DNA of 64,000 nucleotides from the human T2T-CHM13v2.0 reference genome, Homo sapiens. How positions within the stretch are numbered: position 1 is the stretch's first letter; every line of letters begins with the position of its first letter. The translations under genes were made by a program, and so were the position numbers. This document shows, one piece after another, positions 46,545 to 62,278 of this stretch. Below the pieces are notes generated by a model. That model saw only the letters and a program-made list of their open reading frames with translations. It did not search any database and was not told where the DNA came from. The stretch is taken from NCBI RefSeq assembly GCF_009914755.1, contig NC_060926.1. One strand, 5' to 3'.

Positions 46545-46668
46545 TTTTTTCTTTAAAAAAGAGAGTTGGGGTCTTGCTATGTTAGACCAGGCTGGTCTCA
46601 AACTCCTGGCCTCAAGTGATCCTCCCATCTCAGCCTCCCAAAGTGCTAGGAGTACAGGTGTAAGCCAC
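46545..46668 (-). mobile_element. FLAM (Alu left monomer)
   Basis: Antisense left-arm sequence only. Confidence 0.85.
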
Positions 46669-46759
46669 AATTGATATTGGTTATACTGCAAGCTATGCTG
46701 AGGCAAGAACCATGCTTATATAAGTAGGCATTGCTGTCTCTCTTGTTCTTTTTCCCTTG

Positions 46760-47075
46760 GCAGCTTTGGTTATAAAGAATGCAAACTAGATTTAGAAGAT
46801 GCAGGCTCAGATTCAGACTCTGATACTTATTAACTGTGACGTTGGGCAAGCACCATCCACAATTTCCCCATCTGTCAAATAAGCATAATACCTACCTCTC
46901 AGGGTTGCCATGTAGATCAAATGAGGTAATGTCAGTCAGGCATGGTGGCCTGGTGGCTCATGCCTGTAATCCCAGCACTTCGGGAGGCAGAGGCAGGAGG
47001 ATTGCTTGAGTCCAGGAATTTGAGACCAGCCTGGGCAACATAATGAGATCCCATATCTGATTTTTTTTAAAAAAG
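46760..47075 (+). mobile_element. MIR interrupted by a sense FLAM (~46935-47072)
   Basis: tgtgacgttgggcaag...catctgtcaaat...tacctacctc; aggtaatgtc duplicated on both sides of the FLAM. Confidence 0.75.
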
Positions 47076-47093
47076 GTAATGTCTATGAAGGTA

Positions 47094-47140
47094 TTAGGTT
47101 GGTGCAAAAGTAATTGCGATTTTTGCCATTACTTTCAATG
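47094..47140. mobile_element. MADE1 (Hsmar1-derived MITE), one arm only
   Basis: TA + TTAGGTTGGTGCAAAAGTAATTGCG...TTTGCCATTACTTTCAATG. Confidence 0.88.
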
Positions 47141-49067
47141 CTTTGTAAACAAGAAAGCATTATACCGGTGAAGAAAGGATTGTTTATGTTGTGCCCATAC
47201 TAGAACTGTAGGGAACTAAATAAATACGGAAAAGGAAAGAAATAAAGATAATTGTGGATATTCTTAAATTGATTATAGCTTGATTTGTATTTTAACTTCT
47301 GTTATTGTGACATTTGAGAAAATCCTCTTCTTATAACATGTTTTCCTTTTCTAGGGAAGCAGATGCTACTGACAGTCTGAGCCTTGGCCATGTTTCTTAG
47401 TAATGTGTTTTTTTTTCCACCCAAAAAGATAGACTGCTAATGTACATTGAGAAAAGAGACCATGTATCACTGCCCTACGAAAGTCTCTTTGCTTAGAAAT
47501 GAAGGCTTACCTACCTGTTTAATTTTTTTTTTTTTTTAAAGGAGAAGCTCCTACCTTTATATTCCAAATACAGTGAATGGATGTCACCTACCACTAACTG
47601 TTTCTGTCATACAGAAGGGCAGAGGTCAGATTACTCTTCTTCCTACCCAGAACAGCTTGCTGGAATGCTTGCCATTTGTTCCTAGAAGGGCCTGGCTGTA
47701 GGTTGAGAGCAAACCTTGGCTATGCCAGTTCTGTGGTCAAGAAAAATGCTGTGGAGTATTTTCTGGGTATAACTAGGCTTTGTATTTAATAGAGAATATA
47801 AAACATTTAGCTGTTTTCTAGCTTCTGCAGTACAATTTCCATCTCGTTGCAATTAAAACACTCAGGCAGACCCTAAACTAACTTCCTTTAAGTTTTACTT
47901 CCTCCTATTGATGAATTTTCTGTCTTCCAGAGTTGTGTCTAGGTATCTCTACAGTTGCAACTGTCCTGTAAACTAAAAAGTTAAAAAGAAAAGTAGTTTC
48001 CCTTCCCTTGTTAATACAAAACAAATTTATACTAAGGATTTTTTAAAAATAAAAATGTTTCTCCTGATATAATCTGTTATCCCCTGTTACAGAATTACAC
48101 AGAGAGCTGGTAAGCACTTTAGAAATCTTTTAGTCTAATTCCTTTACTACTAACTGACTGACAGTCATACAGTTAGTCAGTATTTTAATGTTTTCAGTAT
48201 TTTACTGAAACCAAACTCACAAGCTCTTTTAAAGTTTCTTCCTTTCCCTGCTCACTTTGACCTGACTCAACCCATTCTTTAGGACTTAACATGGGATTGG
48301 CTTTTTTTTTTTTTTTTTAATCCCCAGTAAAGAGGTTTTGTCTTAAAATGTTAGATGCTTTCAGGATCATTTCCTTTTCATGGCTAGAAGGAAACAAACC
48401 AGCATTGATAAAGCAGTGAGTATTTTCAAAAGGCCTGTATTCTTTGTGCTGCACTCCAGCAGGACCACTGGAATTGCTCATGGAAGAAGAGGGAGATTTT
48501 GATTCTTTATTCGCTGTGGTAGTAATAACTAACTAACTCAATGAATACCAATCCCAGTGAAATGAGCTTCATTCCTGTTTTCCTCTGGTTCTGCTTTTCT
48601 GACTCTTTTTGTTTATTTTTGGGAAACAGCTGTATCTTATTTTATGTAAAAGATGTTTCTGGATAGTTCTATATAAATTAATAACACTTTTGCATGTCCA
48701 TGGATTATGGTTGCAGAACTTATTTTTGTATATATAAATGATTTATTTTTCAAATACTTTGGATTTAGGGAACTTGGTCTCTTGGCCATTTTAAGTCAAT
48801 ACAGGTAAGTTTCAAGAGACATCTGAAGACACTTTGGAAGTTTATAAAGCAAATTGTCCTTTCGTTAATAGTACTAGTTCTAATATCTTACCACTACTTA
48901 TTATTTGTCAGAGTTTCTTAAATCAGTTAACAAACTGTATTTCCTTACTAAGTCAACGAAATCATTAACCACCAGTTTAGTCTTCAGGAGTATCTAGAAT
49001 TTTTATTTTTTAATTAGTTATTTTATGCAATATTCTACTCTAATAGTTTAATTCTATAACATAGAAT

Positions 49068-49144
49068 AGAGGTTCCTAGGAAGGTCAGTGCTTAAAAAAA
49101 GAAGGAAGAGGTTCCTAGGAACGCTAATGCTTAAAGAAAGAAGA
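49068..49144 (+). repeat. 39-bp tandem duplication (2 copies)
   Basis: agaggttcctaggaa...tgcttaaa.aaagaag at 49068 and 49107. Confidence 0.88.
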
Positions 49145-49994
49145 GCTTGTGTGATTAAAATTTTTTCTTGAATTTTATGAACTAAAACTCCTTTACATGT
49201 AAGAGATGAAAATGTAAACAAAGTTAATTAAGAGGGGATGTGGGAGCTTCAAACTAAGCTTTTGTATATGAGGATTGAAGGATATTTATCCACACTACTT
49301 TTTAAAAAACCTTTAAAACATTTTATAAATAATGCATGTCCATTGATGAAAATATGAGAAAACCAGACCTACTTAAATCTCACCACTCAGGAAACCAAGG
49401 GCCATAGGATATACTTTTGTGTGTGTATTTGTGCATGTACCTTATGGCCTGTGTATATTCTCTGTGTGTGTGTGTCTGTGTGTAAATATACAAAATACAT
49501 AAAGTTATAATTTACTCTGTCTCCTGTTGGACATTCTGTTTGACATGCTTATTAGTCTTAGTTCATATTACAAAAAGTTTTTTTAGTTAATTTTTAAAAA
49601 TTAAACTTAGAAGTCATAGGAATGTGTGTTTCAAGATTTCTGATACATATTTGCCAAATAGGAAAATACTGACACAAGCAGTCTTTGAACGAAATTTGAT
49701 ACTATCTTCCTTTGCCTGACAGGTGAAACATATATCTTGTTTTAATTTACATTTCTGTCATTTCTGGTAAGCTTGAGTCTTTTTTCATATGCTTATTAGC
49801 TCTTTCTGGGTTTTTAAATTTTGTTTTCTATTATCCGTTTTCATTCTTGATCTATTATATTATTCATTTTTATTCTTGGTCTATTACTCTTCTGACACAT
49901 CTATTTTTAATTAATTTTGAAAAAGTCATTTTTTATATATATATACATTTCTGTTCAATGCTACAGCTACTTTTTCTCCTGACAAATCTGTCCT

Positions 49995-51275
49995 TTTTAA
50001 AAACAGTTTTATTGAGATATAATTTACCATAACATTGACCTGTTTTAAGTGTACAATTCAATGAATTTTTACTATATTTATAGAGTTTTGTAACTATTAC
50101 TACAGTCTAATTCCAGAGCATCTCCATTTACCCTAAAAAGAAATGTGTCCAACATCAGTCTCTCCCCATTTGTACCTCCAGCCCTAAGCAGCTATTAATT
50201 TACTTTCTGTGTCTACATATTTTTGGTTTTGGATATTTTATATAAACAGAATTATATGATACATAGTCATTCCTATTGTAGCATGTATCAGTGCTACATT
50301 CCATTTTTATTGCCTAACAGTATTCAACGGAATGAATAAACATTTTGTTTATACCAGTAGATGCACATTTGAGTGTTTTCTGCTTCTTGGCTATTATGAA
50401 TAATGCTACTATGAACATTCATGTGCAAATCTTTGTGGGGACATATGTTTTCCTTTCTCTTGTATAGATGTCTAGGAGTGGAATTGCTGCGTCATATGGT
50501 AATCTATATTTACCTTTTTTAAAAACTGTCAAACTATTTTCAAAAGTGGCTGTACCATTTTACATTTCTATTAGTAATGTATGAGGGTTTCAGTGTCTCC
50601 GTATCCTTGTGGACACTCATATTCTTTCTTTTTTATATTATAATAACCATCCTAATGAGTGTGAAGCCATATTTTATTGTGGTTTTGATTTGCATTTACC
50701 CGATGATGAATAATGTTGAACATCTTTTCTTGTGCTTACTGGCTGTTATTTCTTCTTTGGAGAAACATCTATTCAAATTCTTTGCTCATTTTTCATTTGG
50801 TTGTTTGTCTTACTGAGTTGTAGGAGTTTTTCGTTTTTTTTTTCATATTATTTAGGATACAAGTTTTTAATCCAGTATTTGATAAGCAAGTAATTTCCCC
50901 AGTTTTGAGGGTTGTCTTTCCACTTTTTAAATGGTGTTTTTGTAGCACAAAAGTTTTTAATTTTAATTGGCTAATATATCTACTCTTTTATCATTATGCT
51001 TTTGGTTTTCTAAATCATTGCCTAACCCAAGTTCATGAAGATTTATTTCCTTGTTTTCTTTTAAGAGTTTTATAGTTTTAGCTCTTACATGTAAAAATGT
51101 CTGTGATCTATTTTGAGTTAATTTTCTGGTACAGTTTGAGGTATGGTTCCAAATTATTTTTTTTGCATATGGGTATCTAGTTGTCCCAGCATCATTTGTT
51201 GAAAAGACTATTTCTTTGCCACTGAATTTGCTTGGCATCTTTGTCAAAAATCAGTTGACTGTGAATGTACAGGTG
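49995..51275 (-). mobile_element. Antisense L1MB-like 3' end
   Basis: ttttattgagatataattt...aagtgtacaattcaatg; ctaggagtggaattgctg; ccagcatcatttgttgaaaagac. Confidence 0.88.
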
Positions 51276-51386
51276 CCTTTGATGTTAAAATGTACTGTTT
51301 ATGTACTACTAAAAATACTAAAAGTGTCACCATTATAAATATATCACTGTTGACTATTGTACACATTCAGATTTTAGGCATACTAA

Positions 51387-51729
<343 letters not shown>

Positions 51730-53949
51730 GATATACCTTATTTCAAAATAGCATTGGGTTACAAATAAATGCATGATAACAGTAGTTGTCTGACCTCCAA
51801 ATCATTTTCTCTCAAATTTCCCTTATAGTATTTATTGCTCTCTGAAAATATTTTATATAATTATATATTACTTTTCTCCTTGAAAAGCAAGGACTTATCT
51901 GTCTCGTTTAATGCTATATTACTAGCATATAGACATAGGAGGTACCCATGATTTATGATTTATTTAAATAAATTAATGGATAATCTAAGATATTTCTTCC
52001 ACTAACCTGTCCATTTTTACCTAATAAATAAGCATACTTTATTGGATATTTTTTTTCAAGCAAATTTGTTATAGGAAGTACAACTAAACAAGTGATGTTT
52101 GAAGTAAAAAGCTGCTTAAGAAAGTCTGTGAATTGTCTATGAATGCAGGGTGGTATTGTTTTGATAGACATTTTTTCTTTCTTTTTTTGTTTTTTTTTTA
52201 GCAAAAAGTAAGTTAAGGACCTGAATTATTTCATTATTCATAAAAGTCATAGTGATAAATAGGAACCAAGTGACTAAAACCACATTTAGCTTCAAAATGG
52301 AAGTTTACTCTCTTGCTTTTCTAATGATTTAGCATTCTTGTTCACTTTGGCCATTTCACAAAAAGGTGACATAATCTTGTTCCAAGGGATATTCTTTTGG
52401 CATGAAAAGAAGAAACAAAACATTTTGCTTAGGGTAAGAAGGTAATTGTATCTTAAAAATAAGCACTGCCCATAATTGTCCAGCAAGTTGAGTGCCAAAT
52501 GTGTTGACAATGCCTTTGGAAACACCGGGGAAAAGAGTTGGCTGCTAATAAGGAGTAGAGTCGAAAGCTACGACAATCCGGTTTTCTCATTTGCTTCTGT
52601 CCTCAAGCATGCAGTCATGGGAGTTTGATAAAATGCAAATGACAAGTTTCCAAACCTGGCAAAATAAACATGAAATTTTCAAGTCTCTAGTGATTTACTT
52701 GCTTATTAACTTCAAGTTTCTCTAGCAAAGTTTTCCTCTGTATTTTTGAAAGTGGTAGCATAGAGCCTTATGTTAATTTATATAATACAGAGCAATTTCT
52801 TCTCAACTTTATTAGAGAAAGAGATTTAAAGATTATGAAATAAAATAATATTTAAGATTTAAGTTATTTAAATACTTTATTTCGATAATTAAATAAAATT
52901 ATTTTATTGTGTGAGATACTCTTTTTTTCTTTTTTATTTATCTGGGTGAACAGAGCTAATCTTCCAATGGGGTTTGTGACTATGGACAGAAATCTTTCTA
53001 TTCTTGGCTGTTGCCGGAGAAAGCATTTCTTCCAGCCCTTGAGTTTCTGCAGTTGTCTGTGTCCTGTTTCCTTTTCAAGTGTGTCAGCATAGTCCAGGCT
53101 ATCTGAGGAGGTCCAACATCATCCTAAATGCTGACTTCAGGGCTGTGATTCAAAATATTTACTTCACTCATGTGCCTCAGGATAGCTGCCAGTTTCACCC
53201 AGGTCATGAATGAACTTCTTGTCAGTTTGTCTGGAGAGCAGGCTTTCTTTTGCATTCTCTTCACCCAGTCTATTTACACTTCCTCTGGGTGAAACTTCTA
53301 TGTAATGTTGAATCAAAGATTTTAAGACTTGGTCTCCAAAAAAACAATTTTGATTAGTAAAGACAAACTTCCTAATGAGCAAACTTCTTAAAAAGATGGT
53401 AACATGAGGTTGTAACTCTGTTGCAGGTGAAGGCATTGAAAGCACTGGATGATGTTATTCTTTTTGAAGACCATTGACTAAGTTTTGGGTGCCAATATAC
53501 GCCAATGCATTATATCCAGTTATACTGGACTACTTTGGTTTCCAAAAAGATATGTCAAATTTGTACTGATTTTGCATGAATTTTCTAGCTTAAGCTAACC
53601 CTGATGTCCACAAAGACAGATATCCATAACTGTTAAGGCAAGGGATGTTTTTGATACTTTTTTAAAGAAATAGGAAACAGAACATGGTAGCTTTGCAAGC
53701 CTATGCTGCTTGACAGTGCCCAGCAGCATGTTGTGCCACCGTATACAAATTTAAAGAAAAGTAACGTTTGTTAAGAAAAACATTCATGGAGGTAAATTTT
53801 CAAAGTGGTACGGAGAGATTGGATAACCTTTCACAAAGAAGAAATTTCACTTTTCAGGAATATAATAATTGAGAAAAAATGCTTAGCATAGAAGGAACTC
53901 AAAAATCCCATCAAGCCCAGTCTTAGCATGGCATAAAAGCTCTTGACAA

Positions 53950-54850
53950 AAGTGGGAATGTAAATTAATACAGCTACTATGGAGTACAGTACGGAGGTTC
54001 CTCCAAAACTACAAATGGAACTACCATATGATCTGGCAATCCCACTACTAGGCATTTATCCAAAGGAAAGGAAATCAGTATATCAAAGAGACATCTGTGT
54101 CCCCATATTTATTGGAACACTATTCACAATCACCAAGATATGGAATCAGTTCAGGTGTCTAACAACAGATGAATGGATAAAGAAAACATGGTGTGTGTAT
54201 ATGTATGTATGTGTATATATATATATGTACATGCATTATATACATTATATATAGTATATTTTATATATATATATATATTTAGTGTGTACATATATTCCTG
54301 TCTCCTGTCTGTGTTCAGGAATATGTATACACACTGGAAAAATGTGGTGTGTGTACGTGTCTGTGTTCAGCCATAAAAAGAATGAAGTCCTGTCATTTAT
54401 GGCAACACGGATGGAACTGGAGGATATTATGTTAAGTGAAATAAGCCAGGAACAGAAAATTAAACACTGCATGTTTTCAGTCATAGGTGGAAGCTAAGAA
54501 AAAGTTGATGTCATAGAAGTAAAATGTAGAAGATACTAGAGGCTGGGAAAGGTAGGGAGAATGGGAAAATAGAGATTTGTTTAAAGACACAAAATTACAG
54601 CTAGACAGGAGGAGTAAGTTCTAGTGTTTTCTACCACTGTAGGGTTATTATAGTTAAAAATAATGTATTGTCTAATTTCAAATAGGTAGAAGGAAGGAAT
54701 CGAATGTTCCCAACACAAAAAACGTGCTAAATGTTCAAGGTGATGAACGTGCTTATTACCCTGACCTGATAAGTATACATTATATGTATTGAAACATCCC
54801 TATGTACCCCATGAATATGTAAAATTATTATATTTCAATTAAGAAAAAAG
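53950..54850 (+). mobile_element. L1MA-like 3' end with internal TA/TG-rich expansion
   Basis: ELPYDLAIPLLGIYPKE; atggaactggaggatattatgttaagtgaaataagccagg; L1MA-type UTR. Confidence 0.88.
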
Positions 54851-54857
54851 GGCTCTT

Positions 54858-55206
<349 letters not shown>

Positions 55207-55629
55207 TTATAGTGAACAACTCACAATTCTCTTAAAAAATTCAAGATTACCCACTCTTCTGCCTCTTTGCACAAGTTTTTCTTTTGGCCCAGAAAACATT
55301 TCCTCACTTGTACTGTACCCTTACTTTCCTATAACTCTTTACGGGTGCCTATACTATTTTCCACCATAATTGCTTGTTCCTATGATTATCTCTTGTGTTA
55401 GAGAAATGTTCCCATAAGAGGCAGACTACCATTTCATCATGGGTTAGCATCATGAACAGACAAACACACCTGAATTTTCAGTTAGGATTTGAATCCAGAG
55501 TGGAGGGAATAAAGTTTCCGGGCAAGAGGACCTTGGACACAAATGCCTGCAGGTGGAAATAAGCATGACTTGTTTCAGAGACTAGGGACGAAGGATAAGA
55601 GAACTCTTCCGCATAAAAATAAGTATATC

Positions 55630-55882
55630 AGCCAGGCATGGTGGCTTACACCTGTAATCTCAGCACTTTGGGAAGCTGAGGCAGGTTGATCCCTTGAGCT
55701 CAGGAGGTCAAGACTAGCCTGGACAACATGATGAAACCCTGTTTCTACAGAAAATACAAAAATTAGCCAGGCATGGTGGCATGCATCTGTAGACCCAGCT
55801 ACTGTGGCGGCTGAAGTGGGAGGATCGCTTCAGTATAGGAGGTTGAGGCCACAGTGAGCTGTGATCACACTACTGCCCTCCA
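55630..55882 (+). mobile_element. AluJ-like, 3' truncated
   Basis: Sense Alu body. Confidence 0.88.
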
Positions 55883-56344
55883 AAAATAGAAATATTCCTA
55901 AATTTGAAATTGAGGGAGATGTAGGGGATTGATTAAATAAAGTATTCTATGGCTGTATAATGGGATACTACACAACAATGAAAATGATACTATAGGTCTG
56001 CCTTTATAAGTGCCATATTAAGGGAGAAAAACGTACATATATTTATAAAATGATAATTTTAATGTTATCTTAAATATTGACTTAATATCAATTTTACATA
56101 TAAAAAACATGCATGTATTCATGAAACAAGTCTTTAGGATAGATACTAATGTGTTAACAGAGGTCATTTCTTTATGGTGGGGTTGTGGTATTTAGATCTG
56201 TCTTTATGGCTTTGTTTTATGTTTTGGTTTGTTTTGTAATGAATAAGACATCTATAATTAGAGTAAATACAATAAAGTGTTAAAAGGGTAAGAAGGTACC
56301 ATTGGTCTTGTACATATATTTTGTACTTATTGATTGCTGTGTCT

Positions 56345-56890
56345 TAAAAATTATTGTGAAAATTTTCAAACTTATAGAAAATTTCAATTTCAGTAATACA
56401 ATGAACAACGAACAACACACTTGTTCACCTAGCTTCACCCATTGTTGCAGACATTGTTACACTTATCCCTAAATACTTGAGCATGTATCTCCTAAAAACT
56501 AGGACATTTTCTTATGTAAGTACAATATAGTCATCACATGTTAGAAATGAATCATTATTATGAAGAATATTAACAGTAACAATGTAATTATTGCTGAATT
56601 AAACATTATTACTGTTACCTACTCTAGTTCACAATTCAAATTTCCACATTTATCCCAATAAAGTCCTTTGTAACTTTGAAAAAAAATTGTCTGGACATAA
56701 AATTCAATCAAAGATCACATCTTGCATTCGGTCGACATGTCTTAGTGGTCTCTTTTAATCTAGAAGTGTTTCCTACTCTTTTTGTCTTTCATGATATTGA
56801 CAATTTTGAGGACTCTATCCCAGGTGTCCTGTAGGCAAGTAAACTTATATTGGTAAGAATATAGTGATGTTCGATCTATCCCAATGCATC
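56345..56890 (-). mobile_element. Old L1MC/L1ME-like 3' fragment
   Basis: aaaattttcaaacttatagaaaa; cctaaatacttgagcatgtatctcctaaaaactaggacatt; ttgtctttcatgatattgaca. Confidence 0.6.
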
Positions 56891-57429
56891 ATTTTGTTTT
56901 TGACACTGGAATTTTAGTGTACAGAAATAATTTTCTCAATAGTGAGGGCTGAAGTAATAAAAATAAATGTTTGATTGTAGTGTGCCGTATTGAATTCTTT
57001 TTTCTACCAACCAAATCAAGTTTCCTGGATTCTAATTCTTGCATTGTTATGTCTTAGGCACACGTCTCAGTCTTGTCTTTTATAGCATTTTACACAAAGG
57101 TGTTTCATAGCATTTAATTTTCATAATTATCTTTATGCCCCACCGAAAGATCTTCTGGGAATAGGCGATCATACGTATTTGTTTAATAGTTAATTATCTA
57201 ACAGTTGAGCAACTGGAAAACTTTATTTACAATTGCTTTTTCAATCATGTGTATTATGATAATGGGGCTAATAATAACACTGAGACACTTCTGGGTCATC
57301 ATGTATCCTATGTTTCTGATTACTTGAAAGTCTCTAATGTATATAAACTGTATATGAGAAAAATAACCAGTGGAATATTTGATTAATCAAAGGTGTACTA
57401 TTTCTCAACCTAGCTGGGGATAAAAATAA

Positions 57430-57657
<228 letters not shown>

Positions 57658-57891
57658 TGATAGTAAAATTCAGTATGCTCAAGGGCACAGGGTATAACAA
57701 CATAAGATAGCTCTGATCAAAGGCCACTCTGTCCAAGGAGGCCATCTCTCTTGCCCTTCTTGAACAGGCTTTCACATTTTTTCACCCTTATTCCTACTTT
57801 GTTTTACCTGCCCCACTTGACAGTTCCTATCAGTTTATTTCCACCTAGCCAAGTATAGGAATAGTGTGGCTTTGGCTAACAAGTGCTTTAA

Positions 57892-58168
<277 letters not shown>

Positions 58169-58359
58169 ACTTCCTCTCTTTGAAAATACGACACGATGTT
58201 GAAGTGGAATACAGAACAAAGAAAAAAAAATAACAACCTTCCTTCACCTCATCTCCCCCTATGCCACTGTCCATTCCTCTGCTCCTCTTCTCAGTTTCTG
58301 AAATGTTTTCTATGGTAACCATCGTAGTTCTTTACTTCACATTCCCTTTCCTATGTCAT

Positions 58360-59460
58360 CATTGACTTTCAGGTCACTGAAATCCACTAGCATTTATACA
58401 TATGTGCATACATACACACCATTATGTTTTGTTTTCTCTGCTGGTATTTATTTTTATCTTTCTTGCACTGTCAGCATTATTCAGAATGGTCAACATCCCT
58501 TTTTTTTTTAGAACTAAATTTTTCTTCTCTTGGTTTCTGTGAACTGTATTTTCCTGGTTTTTCTCCTATCTTACTGGCTGCTCTTTTGTAGTCTCCTTTA
58601 ATGGCTGCTCTTAACGTTCAGTTTCCAAATATTGGGGTATCCTTGATCTCTATTTAGCTTCCTTTGCTTCCTCTAACTACAACTTTTACCTAGAGGTTCC
58701 TAGCCTAACCCATGGCTGTAAGTATAATCCCCAAATCTATACCTCTAGCTTTTAATTCTCCCTGGATCCTTAAAGGCATATTTCCAGGCTACCTATTTGG
58801 CTTCCAAATGAACATGGCCAAAATAGGACTCTTGTTTCCTTCCATCAAAGAAGAAAAACAAATAAAAAACTATTATTATATATATTTCCCAATTTTTTAG
58901 GAGGCCTGGGTTTCCACCCTATTCACTAGTGAGCACTCACAATCTGCCTCAAAAATATATCTCAACATTTATCAGTAGATCTACATGTCCGCTATTTCTA
59001 CCCTGCAACAAGCCACCATCATTACCCCCTTGGACCACTGCAACGGCTCTTCTCATCCTGCTGCTGCTTCTCTTACCCTAACTGCAAGAAGGACCAGAGT
59101 GAACCAGAGCATTTTACCTTCTTGATTAAAACAGTCAAGTGGCTTTCTGTCACTCTCTGCATAAGTATGACAAGCTCATACTGCCTTAAAAACATCTCCA
59201 AAAACAAGTCACTGGCTATGTCTTTGGCCTCCTCTCACTCCATCTCACATACTAAAGCCAGGCTTATCTTTATTTCTTATACATTCCAAATTATTTCAGT
59301 TAGTACCTTAGTGTTTGTGTTTCCTCTGCTTGTATAAGTTGTCTTTATGATTTCTACTTGGCTAGCCCTTTGTCATTCAGATTTCAGCTGTCACTCAGAT
59401 TTCAGAGACTGCTCCGCCTATTTTAATTATTTACGTAGTATTTATTGTTGCCTTTATTTT
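58360..59460 (+). mobile_element. LINE-2 fragments
   Basis: ttcctggtttttctcctatcttactggctgctc; ccccaaatctatacctctagc; aagccaccatcatt. Confidence 0.65.
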
Positions 59461-59558
59461 TTCATCTAATTATGCTGCATAGGGAAGGATTTGCTTAGGA
59501 GGTGAAGTTTTAGCAGACTTTAAAGGATGTGCCACATTTCAGCAATTGGAGGTGAAGG

Positions 59559-59731
59559 ATGGGGTTAAGAGTGGGGATGTTCTAGGCAGAAGGAGGTGCA
59601 AAGAAGCAGGAGTAAGGAAAAGGAGCAAGCCACCCACTCTGGAGCGTCAAGTACGTGTAGAGAAGTAGCTGCTATGACCTACTTTCACTGTTTTCAGGGT
59701 ATATATACAATAAGTCAGTATTGATGTTCTG
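59559..59731 (+). repeat. Copy A of a 173-bp dispersed direct duplication (intron 3)
   Basis: Aligns ungapped to 62279-62451 with 12 mismatches by manual count. Confidence 0.95.
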
Positions 59732-60242
59732 CAGTGCTTATGTTAGCACTTTGCTTCAAAAAGTATTATAGAAAATCAATTAAACCTTTTTCACTAAATG
59801 AATTGTTACACATTTGGTAGATTACTATGTTGTTAAAGCATTCATTACTCTACTGCTCTATGTGGTATTACAGTCTAGAATGCTGAAAACAAAAAGGTCA
59901 TGGTTTATTTGGAAAGTAAATAAAATAAGTACTGCGCATTATTTTACTCTCTTAATAAACTATTTGCTGTATAATTTAGGGGGTATATTCCATATGCATG
60001 AGTGTTACTTAGTTCAAAAGCTAGTTTGGTCTCTACCTTTAGCATAGCATATTACATCAAGAAATATACTACCTGAAATAACAATTTTGCTAACTATTTT
60101 GAAAAAAAAAAATTGGACTACAAATATGGCCTTCAGAATAATGTGAGAAAAAGACTTCACTTAATATCTTTATTTACCACTATGATAAGAAATTTAAGGT
60201 ATAGGATAGGTTTGATTAATTTCTATGAATGCTTTGAAAGTT

Positions 60243-60527
60243 GGCCAGGTGTGGTAGGTATGGTGGCTCACAATTAGCGCTTTGGGAGGCTGAGGCAGGA
60301 GGATTGCTTGAGTTCAGTTAGAGACCAGCCTGGGAAACATAGTGAGACCCCGTTTCTATAAAAAAATTTTTAAAAATTAGCCAGGCATGGTGGCATGCGC
60401 ATGTGGTGCCAGCTACTCAAGAGGGTAAGGCCAATTATTTGAGCTCAGGAGTTCAAGGCTGCAGTGAGCCATGATCACGTCACTGCACTCCAGCCTGGGC
60501 AACAGACTGAGACCCCATCTCAAAAAA
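60243..60527 (+). mobile_element. AluJ-like, ~95 nt upstream of exon 4
   Basis: Sense Alu. Confidence 0.9.
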
Positions 60528-60622
60528 GAGAAAGTGGTATTATATTCTGAAGTAGTATAGAGCATCTGAAACACTAAATTTTTAGAAAATCTTCGTGTCG
60601 TGGACTAAACCTTTGATTTTAG

Positions 60623-60871
<249 letters not shown>

Positions 60872-61039
60872 TGATGATAACAAAATGAAAACAATCCTAC
60901 TAATGTAAAGATATTACAAATGTGAAGTAAACAGGTTTACTTTTTCTAAGAACTCATTTTCATCTTCCTTCGTTAGTATAATAATAGTTACTACCTGATT
61001 TTAAGAATCTGTATTTTTGATGACTAACAGTCAAAAGAT

Positions 61040-61190
61040 GCTTAGTTGAACTTCTCTTAACAGAGAAGATGTAGACCCCACAACTAAAGATTCTGATTCA
61101 GTAGGTCTAGGTCAGGCCTGGGTACCTGCACTTTTAACAGACTCTACAAGGCAATTCTGATAGATACCAAAGTTTGAGAACTCCTGCTTT
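61040..61190. mobile_element. MER5-like MITE
   Basis: agattctgattcagtaggtctagg...ctgcacttttaacag...aagtttgagaactcctg. Confidence 0.7.
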
Positions 61191-62278
61191 ATATTAATAA
61201 TGATGTTGAAAATAAAGAATATTATGTCTTAAAGAGCCAAAGTTTATATAGGAAGATGAACATTGAACTCAGGAGTCTTGACTCTGAATTTTCCTGCTCT
61301 TAATCAGAATTTCTTTGTTAACCTGCTACCAAGCCCACCCCTTTTTGGTGATCCAGAGGATTTTATGCTCTTTGCTAATATTACTTGAAATTTCAAAAGG
61401 AATTAATATCATGGCTAAAGATGACTTCAAGCAATTATAATTTTGATTATGCTTTTCCAAAATCTCTACATCCTCTTCTCTTTGGAGATTCCAGTCCTTT
61501 TGTGCCCCGCTACCCTTTGTTGAATTGGCTACTGCTTTAGATCTTCCTTGTACCAGAAGCATAAAAATAGATTACTGAAATGCAGTATAGTGTTTATGCC
61601 TAGAGCCCTTAGGCCATTATTTTTTGTGTTCCACTGGTCACCACATAGTTTATTAGAGAAAATTAGTAACAAAAGCACAACATGTAAGACTCTTACTCCT
61701 ACATTTGTTTTGTCCATGTTAGGTGACCTGTGACACCAGGTCAAAGGAACTATTCTGTCCTCCAGATTCTAAGTAGTTGAACCTACAGGAAACTGCAGAT
61801 TATTTCAATAAACACTTATTTTCTTAGCCCAACACTTTGATCCTACCTGTTATAAGTGGGAAGTGAACATTAAAAGAGTGATACCTACTCAGATCTGTAT
61901 TGTGTGTTAGGAAAGAGAAAAAATCAGGTTAGAAAGCATACACTGCACAGGATGAGGGAAATTGAGGCTTTATCCTCAGTGCTTGGATGCCATCTGTACT
62001 GCCATCTTTATGTTGGTATTTTGGTTATGGTACTGTCATCTTCGGTGGTATGTAGAGAATCTGAAGATTAAATTTGTATTTTTAATTTCTATATTGCAAA
62101 AATGTTCCTATTTGAAAAGATAATTTTATAGCTACGAAGAATGAGTTAACCCTTGTTTGCCAAGTTTGTTACTTATTAATTATATGATGTACACACACAC
62201 GCAGTACACTCTTATTTTCATTTGATGCATGTGGGAACTGAGGTTCACATAGTTGAAGCAATCTTATTTCCACATCTC

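Noticed and set aside
47094-47140. MADE1 as a miR-548-type hairpin precursor
   Set aside because: Only one arm is present, so the long hairpin cannot form
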